Shown: piece after piece, positions 16,291-26,169 of the stretch
Position numbering within the stretch: the stretch's first letter is position 1
How the letters are laid out: every line of letters begins with the position of its first letter
From: Faecousia sp.
GTDB lineage: Bacteria; Bacillota; Clostridia; Oscillospirales; Oscillospiraceae
Direction of reading: 5' to 3'
Length of the DNA stretch: 44,752 nucleotides
Assembly (NCBI GenBank): GCA_045540795.1
Contig: JAZQHW010000147.1
Location: 1 to 44,752, forward strand
Notes under the pieces: generated by a model
The model's database searches: none
Seen by the model: only the letters and a program-made list of their open reading frames with translations
Told to the model about the DNA's origin: nothing
Position numbers and translations under genes: made by a program

Positions 16291-17373
16291 ATGATTTTTA
16301 ATACTGTCGGTCGAACAGCAGAAGGCTTTTTCCGTTATCAGGCGTGGCCAACGGTGGTGAAGACACCGGACGGCACGTTATACGCTGCCGCCTCCGGAAG
16401 CCGGTTAGGACATTTGTGTCCCTTCGGTAAAAACTACCTATACATCAGCCGGGATGACGGAGAAAGCTGGGAAGGTCCCATCATTGCCAATGACACCTGG
16501 CTGGATGACCGGGATGCCGGTCTGTGTGCCTGGGGCAAGAGCAACCTGCTGCTGTCCTGGTTCAATCTGCGTCCGGAACGCTTTGACCGCCGGGAGGGTA
16601 AGCACCTTGCCGGGATCACCGCTCCCATCAGCCTGGCTGCCCGGGAATATTGGAGAAACCTGCCCCCGGAGGATATCCAACCCGGTTCTTACCTGAAGCT
16701 CTCCCAAGATGGCGGCAAGACCTGGGGTGACAAGATCCGGGTACCGGTAACCTCTCCTCACGGTCCTCTGTGCAAAAAAGACGGCAGCCTGCTGTACCTG
16801 GGCAAGATCTATATGCCCCAGGATCCGGAAAACTACCCCAACGGGCAAATCTGCGCTATCCAAAGCCGGGACGGCGGTAAGACCTGGGAAAAGCTGGGTC
16901 TTGTGGAAGAAGCAGAGAATACGCCCCGGAGTATCTGTCACGAGCCCCACGCTCTGGAACTGGCTGACGGCACTTTACTAGGCGCTATCCGGGTGTCTCC
17001 CGGCAAGTTTATCGGTGACAGCACAGTTCATTTGACCCGTTCTACTGATGGCGGCAAGACCTGGACCCGTCCGGTACCCACCGGTTGGGTGGGTACACCC
17101 CCGCATCTGCTGCTCCACTCTTCTGGTGCTGTGATCGTCACATACAGCTGCCGGGTAGCCCCCAACAGTCAGCGGGCACGGATCAGCTATGACAACGGCA
17201 ACACCTGGAGTGAGGAGATCGTTATCAGTCCCGAATCTCCGGACTGGGATCATGGCTATCCCTCTTCTGTGGAGCTTTCTGACGGCAGCATCCTCACTGT
17301 ATACTATCAAAAATGTCCCGGTGATGAATTCAACTCTATTTTAAGTACCCGTTGGCAATTACCGGAAAAATAA
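16291..17373 (+). CDS. Sialidase-family (BNR/Asp-box) beta-propeller protein, cytoplasmic
   Basis: Five Asp boxes (SRDDGESW, SQDGGKTW, SRDGGKTW, STDGGKTW, SYDNGNTW), CHEP and GYP motifs. No signal peptide and no canonical FRIP motif. Confidence 0.85.
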   Translation: MIFNTVGRTAEGFFRYQAWPTVVKTPDGTLYAAASGSRLGHLCPFGKNYLYISRDDGESWEGPIIANDTWLDDRDAGLCAWGKSNLLLSWFNLRPERFDRREGKHLAGITAPISLAAREYWRNLPPEDIQPGSYLKLSQDGGKTWGDKIRVPVTSPHGPLCKKDGSLLYLGKIYMPQDPENYPNGQICAIQSRDGGKTWEKLGLVEEAENTPRSICHEPHALELADGTLLGAIRVSPGKFIGDSTVHLTRSTDGGKTWTRPVPTGWVGTPPHLLLHSSGAVIVTYSCRVAPNSQRARISYDNGNTWSEEIVISPESPDWDHGYPSSVELSDGSILTVYYQKCPGDEFNSILSTRWQLPEK

Positions 17374-17403
17374 TCACTTTATTTACAAGGAGATTTCCCA
17401 ATT

Positions 17404-18189
17404 ATGCATGTAATGGAAATGTTCAATTTGAAAGGAAAAGTTGCTTTGGTCACCGGCGGTGCCGGTAATTACGGCAAGCAGATGGTGGAAGCTTTGGCAG
17501 AAGCCGGCGCCACCGTCTGGACGGCATCCCGCACTCTGGAGAAAAATGAAGCCTTCGCCGCTCTGCTCCGGGAAAAGGGCTTTGATGTCCACGGTGCCGC
17601 CTATGATCAGGCTGATGAAGAAAGCATCCAGGCACTTCTTAAGCAGATCCTGGAAAAGCACGGCAAAATCGATATTCTGGTGAATAACTCCGTGCTCCGG
17701 TGCTGCAAGGGCTTCTATGCCGATGCGGAAATGCTGAACAAAAGCTTTGCTGCCAATGCCACCGGCTTGATCATGGTGTGCCGCAATTTTGGCGACCAAA
17801 TGGCTGCCCAGGGCAGCGGCAGCATTATCAACATTGGCTCTTATATGGGTATGCTGGGCTGCAATGAGACCCTTTACGAAGGCTGCCCTCATATTTCCAG
17901 CATCAATGCCAATGACTATTTCTTCCACAAAGGCGGTATGCACAACTATACCCGCTTTTTGGCTTCCCACTTTGGTCCCAAGGGTGTCCGCTGCAACTGC
18001 CTGAGCCTGGGCGGTCTGTTTAACAATCAGCCGGAGCCCTTCCAGGAGCAATATGCCAAGGCAACCTTTCTGGGCAGACTGGCAAACGGAGAAGACATCA
18101 AGGGTATCATCGTTTACCTCGCCTCCGAGGCATCCCGTTATATGACCGGCGCCGTAATTCCTGTAGACGGCGGGTATTCCGCAAAATAA
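17404..18189 (+). CDS. Short-chain dehydrogenase/reductase (SDR)
   Basis: TGGAGNYG, DILVNN, YFFHK (YxxxK), C-terminal VDGG. Confidence 0.92.
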   Translation: MHVMEMFNLKGKVALVTGGAGNYGKQMVEALAEAGATVWTASRTLEKNEAFAALLREKGFDVHGAAYDQADEESIQALLKQILEKHGKIDILVNNSVLRCCKGFYADAEMLNKSFAANATGLIMVCRNFGDQMAAQGSGSIINIGSYMGMLGCNETLYEGCPHISSINANDYFFHKGGMHNYTRFLASHFGPKGVRCNCLSLGGLFNNQPEPFQEQYAKATFLGRLANGEDIKGIIVYLASEASRYMTGAVIPVDGGYSAK

Positions 18190-18202
18190 AAGGAGAATAC
18201 AT

Positions 18203-18988
18203 ATGAATATGAGAAAAAGCCGTGTTCTGCGGCAAATGCGTGCAGGCAAAGTTGCCACCTGCGTAAAGCTGAACCTATCTGATCCCCGGAACGCAGAGAT
18301 CGCTGCTATGTGCGGCTTCGACTGTGTTTGGATCGATATGGAGCACGTTCCCAACAATATGTCCTGCGTAGAGGATACTGTCCGTGCTGCCAAGATCTAC
18401 GATGTAGACGTGCTCACCCGGGTGAGCAAGGGCTGCTACAGCGATATGTGCCGTCCTCTGGAAGGGGATTCCACCGGTATTATGGTGCCCCATCTGATGA
18501 GCCTGGAGGAAGCCAAGCAGATCGTATACTACACCAAATTCCATCCCATCGGCAGACGACCTGTGGACGGCGGCAACGCAGACGGTGCTTACTGTCTGGT
18601 AAGCCCTGCTGACTATATGAAGCAAGCTAACGAGGAACGCTTTACTGTAGTGCAGATCGAAGATCCGGAGCCTATGGCAGAGCTGGAAGAGATCTGTGCT
18701 CTGCCCGGTATTGATATGATCTTCTTCGGTCCTGCGGACTTCTCCCAGGGCATCGGCAGTCCCAACAGTCCCGATCCCCGGATCGACGAAGCCCGGTGCC
18801 TCATTGCCAAAACTGCCCGGAAATACGGCAAATTTGCCGGTACGGTGGGCGGTGCTGCCAATTTCGACCAACTGGTGAAAATGGGTTACACCTTCATCAG
18901 CACCGGTGCTGACGTAGTCGCCCTGTGGAAGTACTATAAGGATATGGTGGAAAAGGTCAGCGGCAGAGATATTGCCAGTGTGGAGTAA
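18203..18988 (+). CDS. HpcH/HpaI (GarL/RhmA-type) class II pyruvate aldolase
   Basis: GFDCVWIDMEH, GIMVP, PIGRR, VQIE, FFGPADFS motifs. Confidence 0.92.
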   Translation: MNMRKSRVLRQMRAGKVATCVKLNLSDPRNAEIAAMCGFDCVWIDMEHVPNNMSCVEDTVRAAKIYDVDVLTRVSKGCYSDMCRPLEGDSTGIMVPHLMSLEEAKQIVYYTKFHPIGRRPVDGGNADGAYCLVSPADYMKQANEERFTVVQIEDPEPMAELEEICALPGIDMIFFGPADFSQGIGSPNSPDPRIDEARCLIAKTARKYGKFAGTVGGAANFDQLVKMGYTFISTGADVVALWKYYKDMVEKVSGRDIASVE

Positions 18989-18992
18989 TGCT

Positions 18993-19919
18993 ATGAAACA
19001 GATTGGTAAATTTTCCGCTATGACCCTGGGTACTGTCCAGTTGGGAATGAACTACGGCATTGCCAACAACGACGGAAAACCCAGTGAGGAGAAGAGTTTT
19101 TCCATTCTCCGTTCCGCTTTGGAAGGGGGGATCACCTCTTTGGATACTGCCCGTGCCTACGGAGATTCCGAACAGGTCATCGGCAGATTTTTAAAAACCT
19201 GGCAGGGAGAGGTTCCTGCTATCGTCACCAAGGTCCGGAAACTGGAAGGCTCTACCCCCAAAGAGCTGGAAGCCTTCGTGACAGAGTCTGTTGAGCAGTC
19301 TTTGGAAAACCTGGGTGTCAACAAAGTGGATGCGGTGATGCTCCACGGTGCCCAGGATCCTGTGATCCACGGCAAAGCCTGTGCCGATGCGGTCAAATCA
19401 CTCATTGACCACGGTTATACCGACAAGGTTGGCGTTTCTGTTTACACCGCCGAGGATATCGAGGGTATGCTGCCTTATGATATTTTCTCCGTGACCCAGG
19501 TGCCTATGTCCATTTTTGACCAGCGGCTCATTGCCGGCGGCTCTATCGATAAGCTGAAGGAACGGGACTACACCGTTTTCGTCCGGAGCGTATTTTTGCA
19601 GGGTCTGTTCTTCCTGGATCCCGAGGGTATGACTGACCCCATTCTGCAGGAGCACGCAGCACCCAAGATCCGCCTGCTGCGGCAGATCGCAGAAGGGGAG
19701 GGGCTGACTTTGGAGCAGCTTGCCATTGCCTTTATGCGGGACTGCGCCGGTGTCACCAGTCTGGTGCTGGGTGCGGATACCCCGGAGCAGGTAACTGCCA
19801 ATATTTCCGCCTTTGAAACGCCAGCATTAGACGACAGCACAGCCTCCCTTCTGAAAAAAGAATTTGCCAATGTCGATATTCCTGCCATTATGCAGGTTCT
19901 GTCCCGCCCTAAAAAATAA
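18993..19919 (+). CDS. Aldo/keto reductase
   Basis: LGTVQLGMNYG, DTARAYGDSE, VTK, SLENLG, MLH, GVSVY. Start set at ATG 18993 after GGAG. Confidence 0.92.
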   Translation: MKQIGKFSAMTLGTVQLGMNYGIANNDGKPSEEKSFSILRSALEGGITSLDTARAYGDSEQVIGRFLKTWQGEVPAIVTKVRKLEGSTPKELEAFVTESVEQSLENLGVNKVDAVMLHGAQDPVIHGKACADAVKSLIDHGYTDKVGVSVYTAEDIEGMLPYDIFSVTQVPMSIFDQRLIAGGSIDKLKERDYTVFVRSVFLQGLFFLDPEGMTDPILQEHAAPKIRLLRQIAEGEGLTLEQLAIAFMRDCAGVTSLVLGADTPEQVTANISAFETPALDDSTASLLKKEFANVDIPAIMQVLSRPKK

Positions 19920-19937
19920 TTTTGGAGGAATGTTTGT

Positions 19938-21479
19938 ATGAAAAAGCTGTTTTGTATCATTCTCAGCGTTCTTATGATTTTAAGCCTATGCGCCTGCGGT
20001 GGCAACAACGAAGACGCCCCTCAGGAGCTCAAAATCGAAAGCTTCTCCGTTGGTTATGGACAAGCAGATATCTCCTCAAACCTGCCTTTGCAGCTATACG
20101 GCTTCGCTGCCGGCGGTGAGCGTCTGTCCCAGACAATTCTGGATCCCATCTATGCCACCTGTGTTGCTTTTACAGACCCGGACAACACTACCGTTTTGCT
20201 GGTAGCTACCGATCTGTGCCAGTCCTTCAAGATTACTGCAGATGTGCGGCAGCTGGTCTCAGATGCCACCGGTGTTCCCGTATCCAATATCCTGTTCACT
20301 GCCTCTCATACCCACAGCGCCCCGGGTCAGGACGGTGGCGGTGATCCCAACGTCAGCACCTATAACGAGATGTACAAGACCCAGTGTGTTCAGGCAGCCA
20401 AAGACGCAATGGCAGACCGAAAGCCTGCCAAAATGGAAACTGCCTGTGGCCGTCCCGAGGGATATGTTTTCAACCGCCATTATGTGATGGCAGACGGCAC
20501 CTTCCTGGGTGTAGGTGTAGGTTCTTACAAGCAAAACGAGATCTACGGACATATCGATGCCGGTGATAACCTGATGCAGCTGGTAAAATTCACCCGGGAG
20601 GGTGGCAAGGACATCGTGATGATTAACTGGCAGGGGCACTATTACGGCACCTCCGAGGTCAACTACTATGCCATCTCCGCTGACTATCCCGGTATCCTCC
20701 GGAAAGAAGTGGAAGAAGCTCTGGACTGCGAATCCATTTTCATTCTGGGCGGCTCCGGCAACCAGAACACCAAGTCCCAGATCGATACCGAAAACAAACA
20801 TAAAAACTATATTGAATTCGGCGAAGCCTTAGCCCAGGAAGCTCTCAAGGTGGCAGAAGGCTTCCAGCCTGCTGAAACCGGCAAGATCGCTCTGGTGGAG
20901 AATATGCACACCTTTGCCGGCTCTGCCGCTGCAATTCCTCTGTATGCCTTCGGTTTTGGAGATTTCGGCTGCGCCACCGCCCCCAACGAGCTGTTTTCCT
21001 CCACCGGAATCGGTGTCCGAGAAGCTTCTAAGTTCAAGTACACCTTTATTGCCACCTGCGCCAACGGCAACTATAAGTATTTGCCGGATGAATTTGCCTT
21101 TACTTATAAAAGCTACGAAGCAGAGGAATGCACCCTGTATCCCAAGGGAACTGCGGAAGCAATGCAGGAAGAGCTGACCAAACTGCTGGATACGGTCTTT
21201 ACCGCCACTGGCGGCAGCGTAAAGGAAAAAGATCCCGGTTATATCACTGACAACAGTCCCAAATCTGACGGTGTGGAATACACCAATCCCTTCCCCGGTG
21301 ACCTTACTGCCTGTCGGGAAATGCCCAACGGTCTGTATCAGATCACCGTACTTACTCCTCAGCAAACTTTGAAGGATTTCTTTGTAAAAGACAAAGAAAC
21401 TGCCGAAAAAGTGCTGACACAAACTAATCTGAAACTTCTGTTTGACGCAAGAAATATTATTACCGGATTAGGAGAATAA
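19938..21479 (+). CDS. Lipoprotein with neutral/alkaline ceramidase-like amidohydrolase domain
   Basis: Lipobox LCAC. VGYGQADI, DPIYA, ASHTHSAP, NWQGH, ISADYPG, PNELF and YLP motifs of the ceramidase_alk family. Confidence 0.8.
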   Translation: MKKLFCIILSVLMILSLCACGGNNEDAPQELKIESFSVGYGQADISSNLPLQLYGFAAGGERLSQTILDPIYATCVAFTDPDNTTVLLVATDLCQSFKITADVRQLVSDATGVPVSNILFTASHTHSAPGQDGGGDPNVSTYNEMYKTQCVQAAKDAMADRKPAKMETACGRPEGYVFNRHYVMADGTFLGVGVGSYKQNEIYGHIDAGDNLMQLVKFTREGGKDIVMINWQGHYYGTSEVNYYAISADYPGILRKEVEEALDCESIFILGGSGNQNTKSQIDTENKHKNYIEFGEALAQEALKVAEGFQPAETGKIALVENMHTFAGSAAAIPLYAFGFGDFGCATAPNELFSSTGIGVREASKFKYTFIATCANGNYKYLPDEFAFTYKSYEAEECTLYPKGTAEAMQEELTKLLDTVFTATGGSVKEKDPGYITDNSPKSDGVEYTNPFPGDLTACREMPNGLYQITVLTPQQTLKDFFVKDKETAEKVLTQTNLKLLFDARNIITGLGE

Positions 21480-21482
21480 GTT

Positions 21483-22778
21483 ATGAAAAAAGTAATTGCA
21501 ATTCTTTTAGCCACTGTATCTGTTCTTTCCCTGTTTGCCTGTTCCAACAAGGAAAATCCCGCTCCCACAGAGGAGAAGAAGGACTTTTCCGCCTATGCCG
21601 GCATCGTTACTGACACCAAAACCTGGTACGATGAGCTGATGGCTCTGCCCATTGCCAACGAGAATATGACAGAAGACGAGCTGCGCCAGCTGTGTGTGGA
21701 TTGGGCGCGGATCAACAGCTCCTTCACCTGGACCCCCACAGAGGACATTTCCTATACCTTTAATCTCCAGGATAGTACCTCCGAGGTTTTCCTGCCCAAG
21801 GGCATTGCCTATGCCGGTATGTGCTATAACAACAATATCGCCAAAGGCAACGTCTGGAAGGTGCTGAATTATTACGATCACGAAACCGGCGCGCTGGATG
21901 TCGCCGCTATGGACGGCAGTCCTATGAATATCATCTCCAGTGCCTGTGCCCGGTATGTGCAGTGGGGTTGGTCACGGGTATCCAATTCCAACAACCTGGA
22001 CGATATGGGCACCTTCAGCCAGTATGCCTCCAATATCGTCACCGTAGGACCCTACACCTACGCCCCTGGCAAGTATAACTTCTCCGGCGGTGACGGCACT
22101 CTGCAGATCGTCCAGGAAAACGGCAGCGATATAATGTGCCAGTCCTATGCCGCTATGAAACCGGCTGACGGCATATATTCCTCCTCTTCCTATCACGTAA
22201 TGATGTGCTCTGCCAAACCGGTAGTGGTAACGGATGCTAACGGCTGGATCGATCCTGACCAGAGCTACCTGCTGGTTTGTGAGCAGGATGCCGTAGGCAG
22301 CAAAACTGAGAATAAAAATTCCCTCCAGGAAAACGGTGTGACCTTGCGCGCCCTGGGTTCTGTGGACAACAAGTACACCTTCCGTCAGCTGATGGACAAG
22401 GGATATCTGCCCTTTACAATGAAAGAGTTCATCGGACAGGATCCTGTAGAAGCCGGCGATGCCTGGGTAGGCACGCAAACCAGCCGCATTGAGGACAATG
22501 CTGACATCACCCTCCAGGACCTGCTGAAAAGCACCGCCTACAGCAACTATGCCATTTGCACCCTGGCTCTGCAGATCCGGGATCTTGAGGGCAATGTCCT
22601 GTACAATTATGACACCGCCCTGCAATCCCAGCCCAACACCTTCTCTACACCGCTGAATAATATTCAGACACCCTGGGCAGAGCCCTACGCCAACGGCAGC
22701 AACACCATCCACGTGATGATCCGCCTTGCCAACGGCGAGCTGAAGGACGCTGTCAGCACCGTTTTGAAACTGAGCTAA
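21483..22778 (+). CDS. Hypothetical lipoprotein, possibly divergent NlpC/P60-like
   Basis: Lipobox LFAC. SACARYVQWGW and MKPADG...YHVMM segments resemble the Cys and His regions of NlpC/P60. Confidence 0.7.
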   Translation: MKKVIAILLATVSVLSLFACSNKENPAPTEEKKDFSAYAGIVTDTKTWYDELMALPIANENMTEDELRQLCVDWARINSSFTWTPTEDISYTFNLQDSTSEVFLPKGIAYAGMCYNNNIAKGNVWKVLNYYDHETGALDVAAMDGSPMNIISSACARYVQWGWSRVSNSNNLDDMGTFSQYASNIVTVGPYTYAPGKYNFSGGDGTLQIVQENGSDIMCQSYAAMKPADGIYSSSSYHVMMCSAKPVVVTDANGWIDPDQSYLLVCEQDAVGSKTENKNSLQENGVTLRALGSVDNKYTFRQLMDKGYLPFTMKEFIGQDPVEAGDAWVGTQTSRIEDNADITLQDLLKSTAYSNYAICTLALQIRDLEGNVLYNYDTALQSQPNTFSTPLNNIQTPWAEPYANGSNTIHVMIRLANGELKDAVSTVLKLS

Positions 22779-22791
22779 GGAGTTGTTTATT

Positions 22792-23748
22792 ATGTTTCCC
22801 TTTGGAGATAAACAATTAAAAATCGGTATTCTGGGATTTACCGAAGGCAACGGTCATCCTTATTCCTGGAGTGCTATGTTCAATGGCTATGACCCGGAAG
22901 AAATGGCAACCTGCGGTTTCCCTGTGATCCCCCAGTACCTTGCCAAGCAGCCAGAGCATACCTTCGGCATTCCCGGGGCGAAAATCACCTGTGTCTGCTG
23001 CACCGGCTTTGCCACCCGCAAGGAGGCAGAGCATATTGCCCGTGCCGCTAAGATCCCCACCGTCTATGAACGTCCGGAAGAGATGATCGGCAATGTAGAC
23101 GCTGTGATCGTGGCAACGGATATCGGCAACGAGCACGTGGAGCGCTGCCGCCCCTTCATTGAAGCCGGCATCCCTATGTTCATTGATAAGCCATTGGTAA
23201 ACAAAGAAGAGGATCTGCAGACCTTCTGCCGCTGGCGGCAGGCAGGTGCCAAATTTATCAGCTCTTCTTCCTTGCGCTATACCAAGGAGCTGGAGCCCTA
23301 TTACGAAAACCATTACGAGCTGGGTAAACTCCAGTACATCTGCTCACCTATGGCAAAATACTATGAAACCTACGGAATTCACGCTTTGGAGCGGGTATAT
23401 CCTCTGTTGGGACCCGGCTTTGTATCTGTCCGGAACACCGGCACCAAGGAGAAAACCGTAGTGCATATCAAGCACGAAAGCGGCTGTGATGTCCACATCG
23501 TACAGGGTAGCCTGGTAGGTGCCGGTATGATGATCTTAGGTGACAAGGGCGGCATCGTTGTCCGCTCCGGTGACTCCTACTACAGCTTCAAAAAACAGCT
23601 GGATGTCTTTGTAAAATGGCTGCGTACCGGAGAAGATCCCTTCCCCTTTGCCGAAACCGTGGAGCTGATGAAGCTGGTTATCGGCGGTCTGCGCAGCCGG
23701 GAAGAAGGGGGCAGGGAAGTGTTCCTGTCTGAGATCAGCGAGGTGTAA
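22792..23748 (+). CDS. Gfo/Idh/MocA-family oxidoreductase
   Basis: KIGILG, VDAVIVAT, FIDKP, YGIH motifs. Start ATG 22792, 9 nt after AAGGAG. Confidence 0.88.
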   Translation: MFPFGDKQLKIGILGFTEGNGHPYSWSAMFNGYDPEEMATCGFPVIPQYLAKQPEHTFGIPGAKITCVCCTGFATRKEAEHIARAAKIPTVYERPEEMIGNVDAVIVATDIGNEHVERCRPFIEAGIPMFIDKPLVNKEEDLQTFCRWRQAGAKFISSSSLRYTKELEPYYENHYELGKLQYICSPMAKYYETYGIHALERVYPLLGPGFVSVRNTGTKEKTVVHIKHESGCDVHIVQGSLVGAGMMILGDKGGIVVRSGDSYYSFKKQLDVFVKWLRTGEDPFPFAETVELMKLVIGGLRSREEGGREVFLSEISEV

Positions 23749-23751
23749 TGT

Positions 23752-25095
23752 ATGAATAAACTAATGGCAGGCTTTGCCCGGGTAGACTGTACACCCCCTT
23801 TGGGCATTGCCATTAACGGCTATTTTGTGCCCCGGATCGCTGACGGTGTCCGGGACCCTCTGGAGATCAACTGTCTGGCATTGGGTTGTGACGATACCCG
23901 TATCGTTCTTTTAAGTATGGACAATACCGGCATTTCCAACGAAGTGCTCTCTGAGATCTTCCCGGCAGTGATGGCTGCCGTCGGACTTCCCAGGGAAGCC
24001 ATCTTCATTCACTCCACCCACACCCATACAGGCGGAGCGCTGCTGCCCAACCTGGACGGTCCCATTGAACAGGAGTATAAAAAAATGACCTGCCGGAAAA
24101 TGGCAGATGCCGCAAAAATGGCACTGGATGACCTGCAGCCTGCCCGGATGGGTTGGCGGGTGATCCCGGCACCGGGTGTTTCCTTCACCCGCCGTTACCG
24201 GATGAAGGACGGCTCCGTCCGTACCAATCCCGGCATCGGTAACCCGGATATTCTGGAAGCCTTGGGAAAGCCCGATGATAATGTGCGCCTCCTGCGCTTT
24301 GACAGAGAAAAGGATTCTCTGGCTCTGATACACTTTGGCTGCCATCCCGATACCATTGGCGGCTGTAAGCTTTCTGCCGACTGGCCCGGCTTTGCCCGGA
24401 GAACCCTGGAGCAGGCACTGCCCGGCACCAAAGCCATTTTCTTCAACGGTGCAGAAGGGGAGGTTGGTGTCCAGAATATCCGTCCCAAAAGCGGCGATAT
24501 GAACCACCTTTCCCTGGATTTTGACGATGTTTACCGTGGCTACGGCTCTACCCGCCATTTAGGTCGTTTTATTGCCGGTGCTGCGCTGCAGTACTTTGAC
24601 GTGGTGGAATACACCGATGTGGACAAGCTCACCTTTGCCCAGCGGCAAATTCAAGTACCTGCCAACGTTCCCACCCCGGAGCAGCTGCCCTTGGCACGGG
24701 AATATGCCGCTTATCACGAAGCCGGTCAAGACGAAAAGATCCCCTATACCGGTATGCAGCTGACCACTGTGGTGGCAGAAGCCCTGCGTATGGTGCATCT
24801 GGCAGAAGGTCCTGACTATTTTGATATGTTCCTCAGCGGCATCGGTATCGGTCCGGTTGCCCTGGTAGGCTTCCCCGGTGAACCCTTTGCCGGTATCAGC
24901 TTCGGTCTGCAGGAAGCAGAGGGCTGGGGCACTGTGCTGGCTGTCTGCAATACCAACGGCAAAGAGGGATATTTCCCTATGCAGGATGCCTATGATGAAG
25001 GCGGCTACGAAGCCAGAAGCTCTGCCTTTAAGGCAGGCGTTGCCGAGCTGATGATCCGGGAAGGTACTGCCCTTTTGGAAACACTACGGAGGTGA
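23752..25095 (+). CDS. Neutral/alkaline ceramidase-like amidohydrolase (cytoplasmic)
   Basis: AGFARVDCTPP, DPL, STHTHTG, FGCHPD, SADWPG, FPGEPF, GYFP...GGYE motifs. Confidence 0.88.
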   Translation: MNKLMAGFARVDCTPPLGIAINGYFVPRIADGVRDPLEINCLALGCDDTRIVLLSMDNTGISNEVLSEIFPAVMAAVGLPREAIFIHSTHTHTGGALLPNLDGPIEQEYKKMTCRKMADAAKMALDDLQPARMGWRVIPAPGVSFTRRYRMKDGSVRTNPGIGNPDILEALGKPDDNVRLLRFDREKDSLALIHFGCHPDTIGGCKLSADWPGFARRTLEQALPGTKAIFFNGAEGEVGVQNIRPKSGDMNHLSLDFDDVYRGYGSTRHLGRFIAGAALQYFDVVEYTDVDKLTFAQRQIQVPANVPTPEQLPLAREYAAYHEAGQDEKIPYTGMQLTTVVAEALRMVHLAEGPDYFDMFLSGIGIGPVALVGFPGEPFAGISFGLQEAEGWGTVLAVCNTNGKEGYFPMQDAYDEGGYEARSSAFKAGVAELMIREGTALLETLRR

Positions 25096-25099
25096 TTCT

Positions 25100-26131
25100 A
25101 TGGAACTTGCCAAACTGGACAGGGAAATCTCCCAAATCGCAGAAGCAGAACGGTTTTCCGGTGTTATCCGGATCACACTAAAAGATGAGATCCTCTACGG
25201 GCGCTGTATCGGGGTTGCCGATCATGAAAAAAAGATCCCCTTTACCCCGGAGTCGATGTTCACCCTTTATTCTTTGAGTAAGCCTTTCTGTGCCATCGGT
25301 CTGTTGCTGCTGGCAGATAAAGGGTTGGTGGATCTGGATGTCCATCCCGGTGTTTATTTAAAGGAAGCAAAACACTTTGATTCCCGGGTGACCATTCGTC
25401 ATATGCTCAACCACACCAGTGGTATTCCGGATTTTCTGCGGATAGATACCTTCAAGAATACACCCGGTACACCTGAAAAGATCCGGGAATTGCTCCCTAT
25501 GCTGGCAGAGCATCCCACCGCCTTTGCGCCCGGCACCCAGGATCTGTATGCCAACATCAATTTTACATTATCTGCCCTGATCATTGAAAATATCACCGGT
25601 ATGCCCTACGCAGACTATATGAAGCAGGAAGTTTTTGAACCTATGGGGGCAAAAACCCTGGTGGTAGACAGTAAAAGCAGGGTGATTCCCCATCGGGTAC
25701 AGGGATATTCCCTGATAGACAATGTGATAACCCCTATCGAAAAATGTCACGATTGGATGCTGGGCGCCGGTGACCTGGTCGGCAGGGTAGAGGACGTCTA
25801 CTGTCTGAATCTGGCGATCAAGCATCGGCTTTTGCTGAAACCGGAAACCTGGGAACAGGTTTTGACACCCTCTCCCATCAACAACCGGGGTCTGGGCTGC
25901 ACCGTGCATCACAACTGGCACGGCAAGCACCGCATTACCCACAACGGCGGTCACCGTGGCTTCCGTACCTTCCACGTGCAGTTCCCCCAGGACGACCTGG
26001 ATGTGATCATTCTGTCCAACCACGGCTTCGGCGGTGCCCGGCAAGCGATCGTAGAAAGCGTTTACCGTGCCTTCTATCAAGATGAAGCTGCCCCGGAAAC
26101 AGAACTGGTACTGGATTACAACTTGCGTTGA
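25100..26131 (+). CDS. Serine hydrolase, beta-lactamase class C/esterase family
   Basis: SLSK (SxxK), LNHTSGI, YAN (YxN), HNGG. No signal peptide. Confidence 0.9.
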   Translation: MELAKLDREISQIAEAERFSGVIRITLKDEILYGRCIGVADHEKKIPFTPESMFTLYSLSKPFCAIGLLLLADKGLVDLDVHPGVYLKEAKHFDSRVTIRHMLNHTSGIPDFLRIDTFKNTPGTPEKIRELLPMLAEHPTAFAPGTQDLYANINFTLSALIIENITGMPYADYMKQEVFEPMGAKTLVVDSKSRVIPHRVQGYSLIDNVITPIEKCHDWMLGAGDLVGRVEDVYCLNLAIKHRLLLKPETWEQVLTPSPINNRGLGCTVHHNWHGKHRITHNGGHRGFRTFHVQFPQDDLDVIILSNHGFGGARQAIVESVYRAFYQDEAAPETELVLDYNLR

Positions 26132-26169
26132 AATAAAAAATCGGCACAAATTGTGCCGATTTTTTATTT
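26131..26169. terminator. Bidirectional intrinsic terminator
   Basis: Palindrome AAATAAAAAATCGGCACAA-A-TTGTGCCGATTTTTTATTT between convergent genes. Confidence 0.92.

Noticed and set aside
25100-26131. Beta-lactam resistance gene
   Set aside because: No signal peptide and it sits in a catabolic operon. More likely an esterase or amidase of the same fold.
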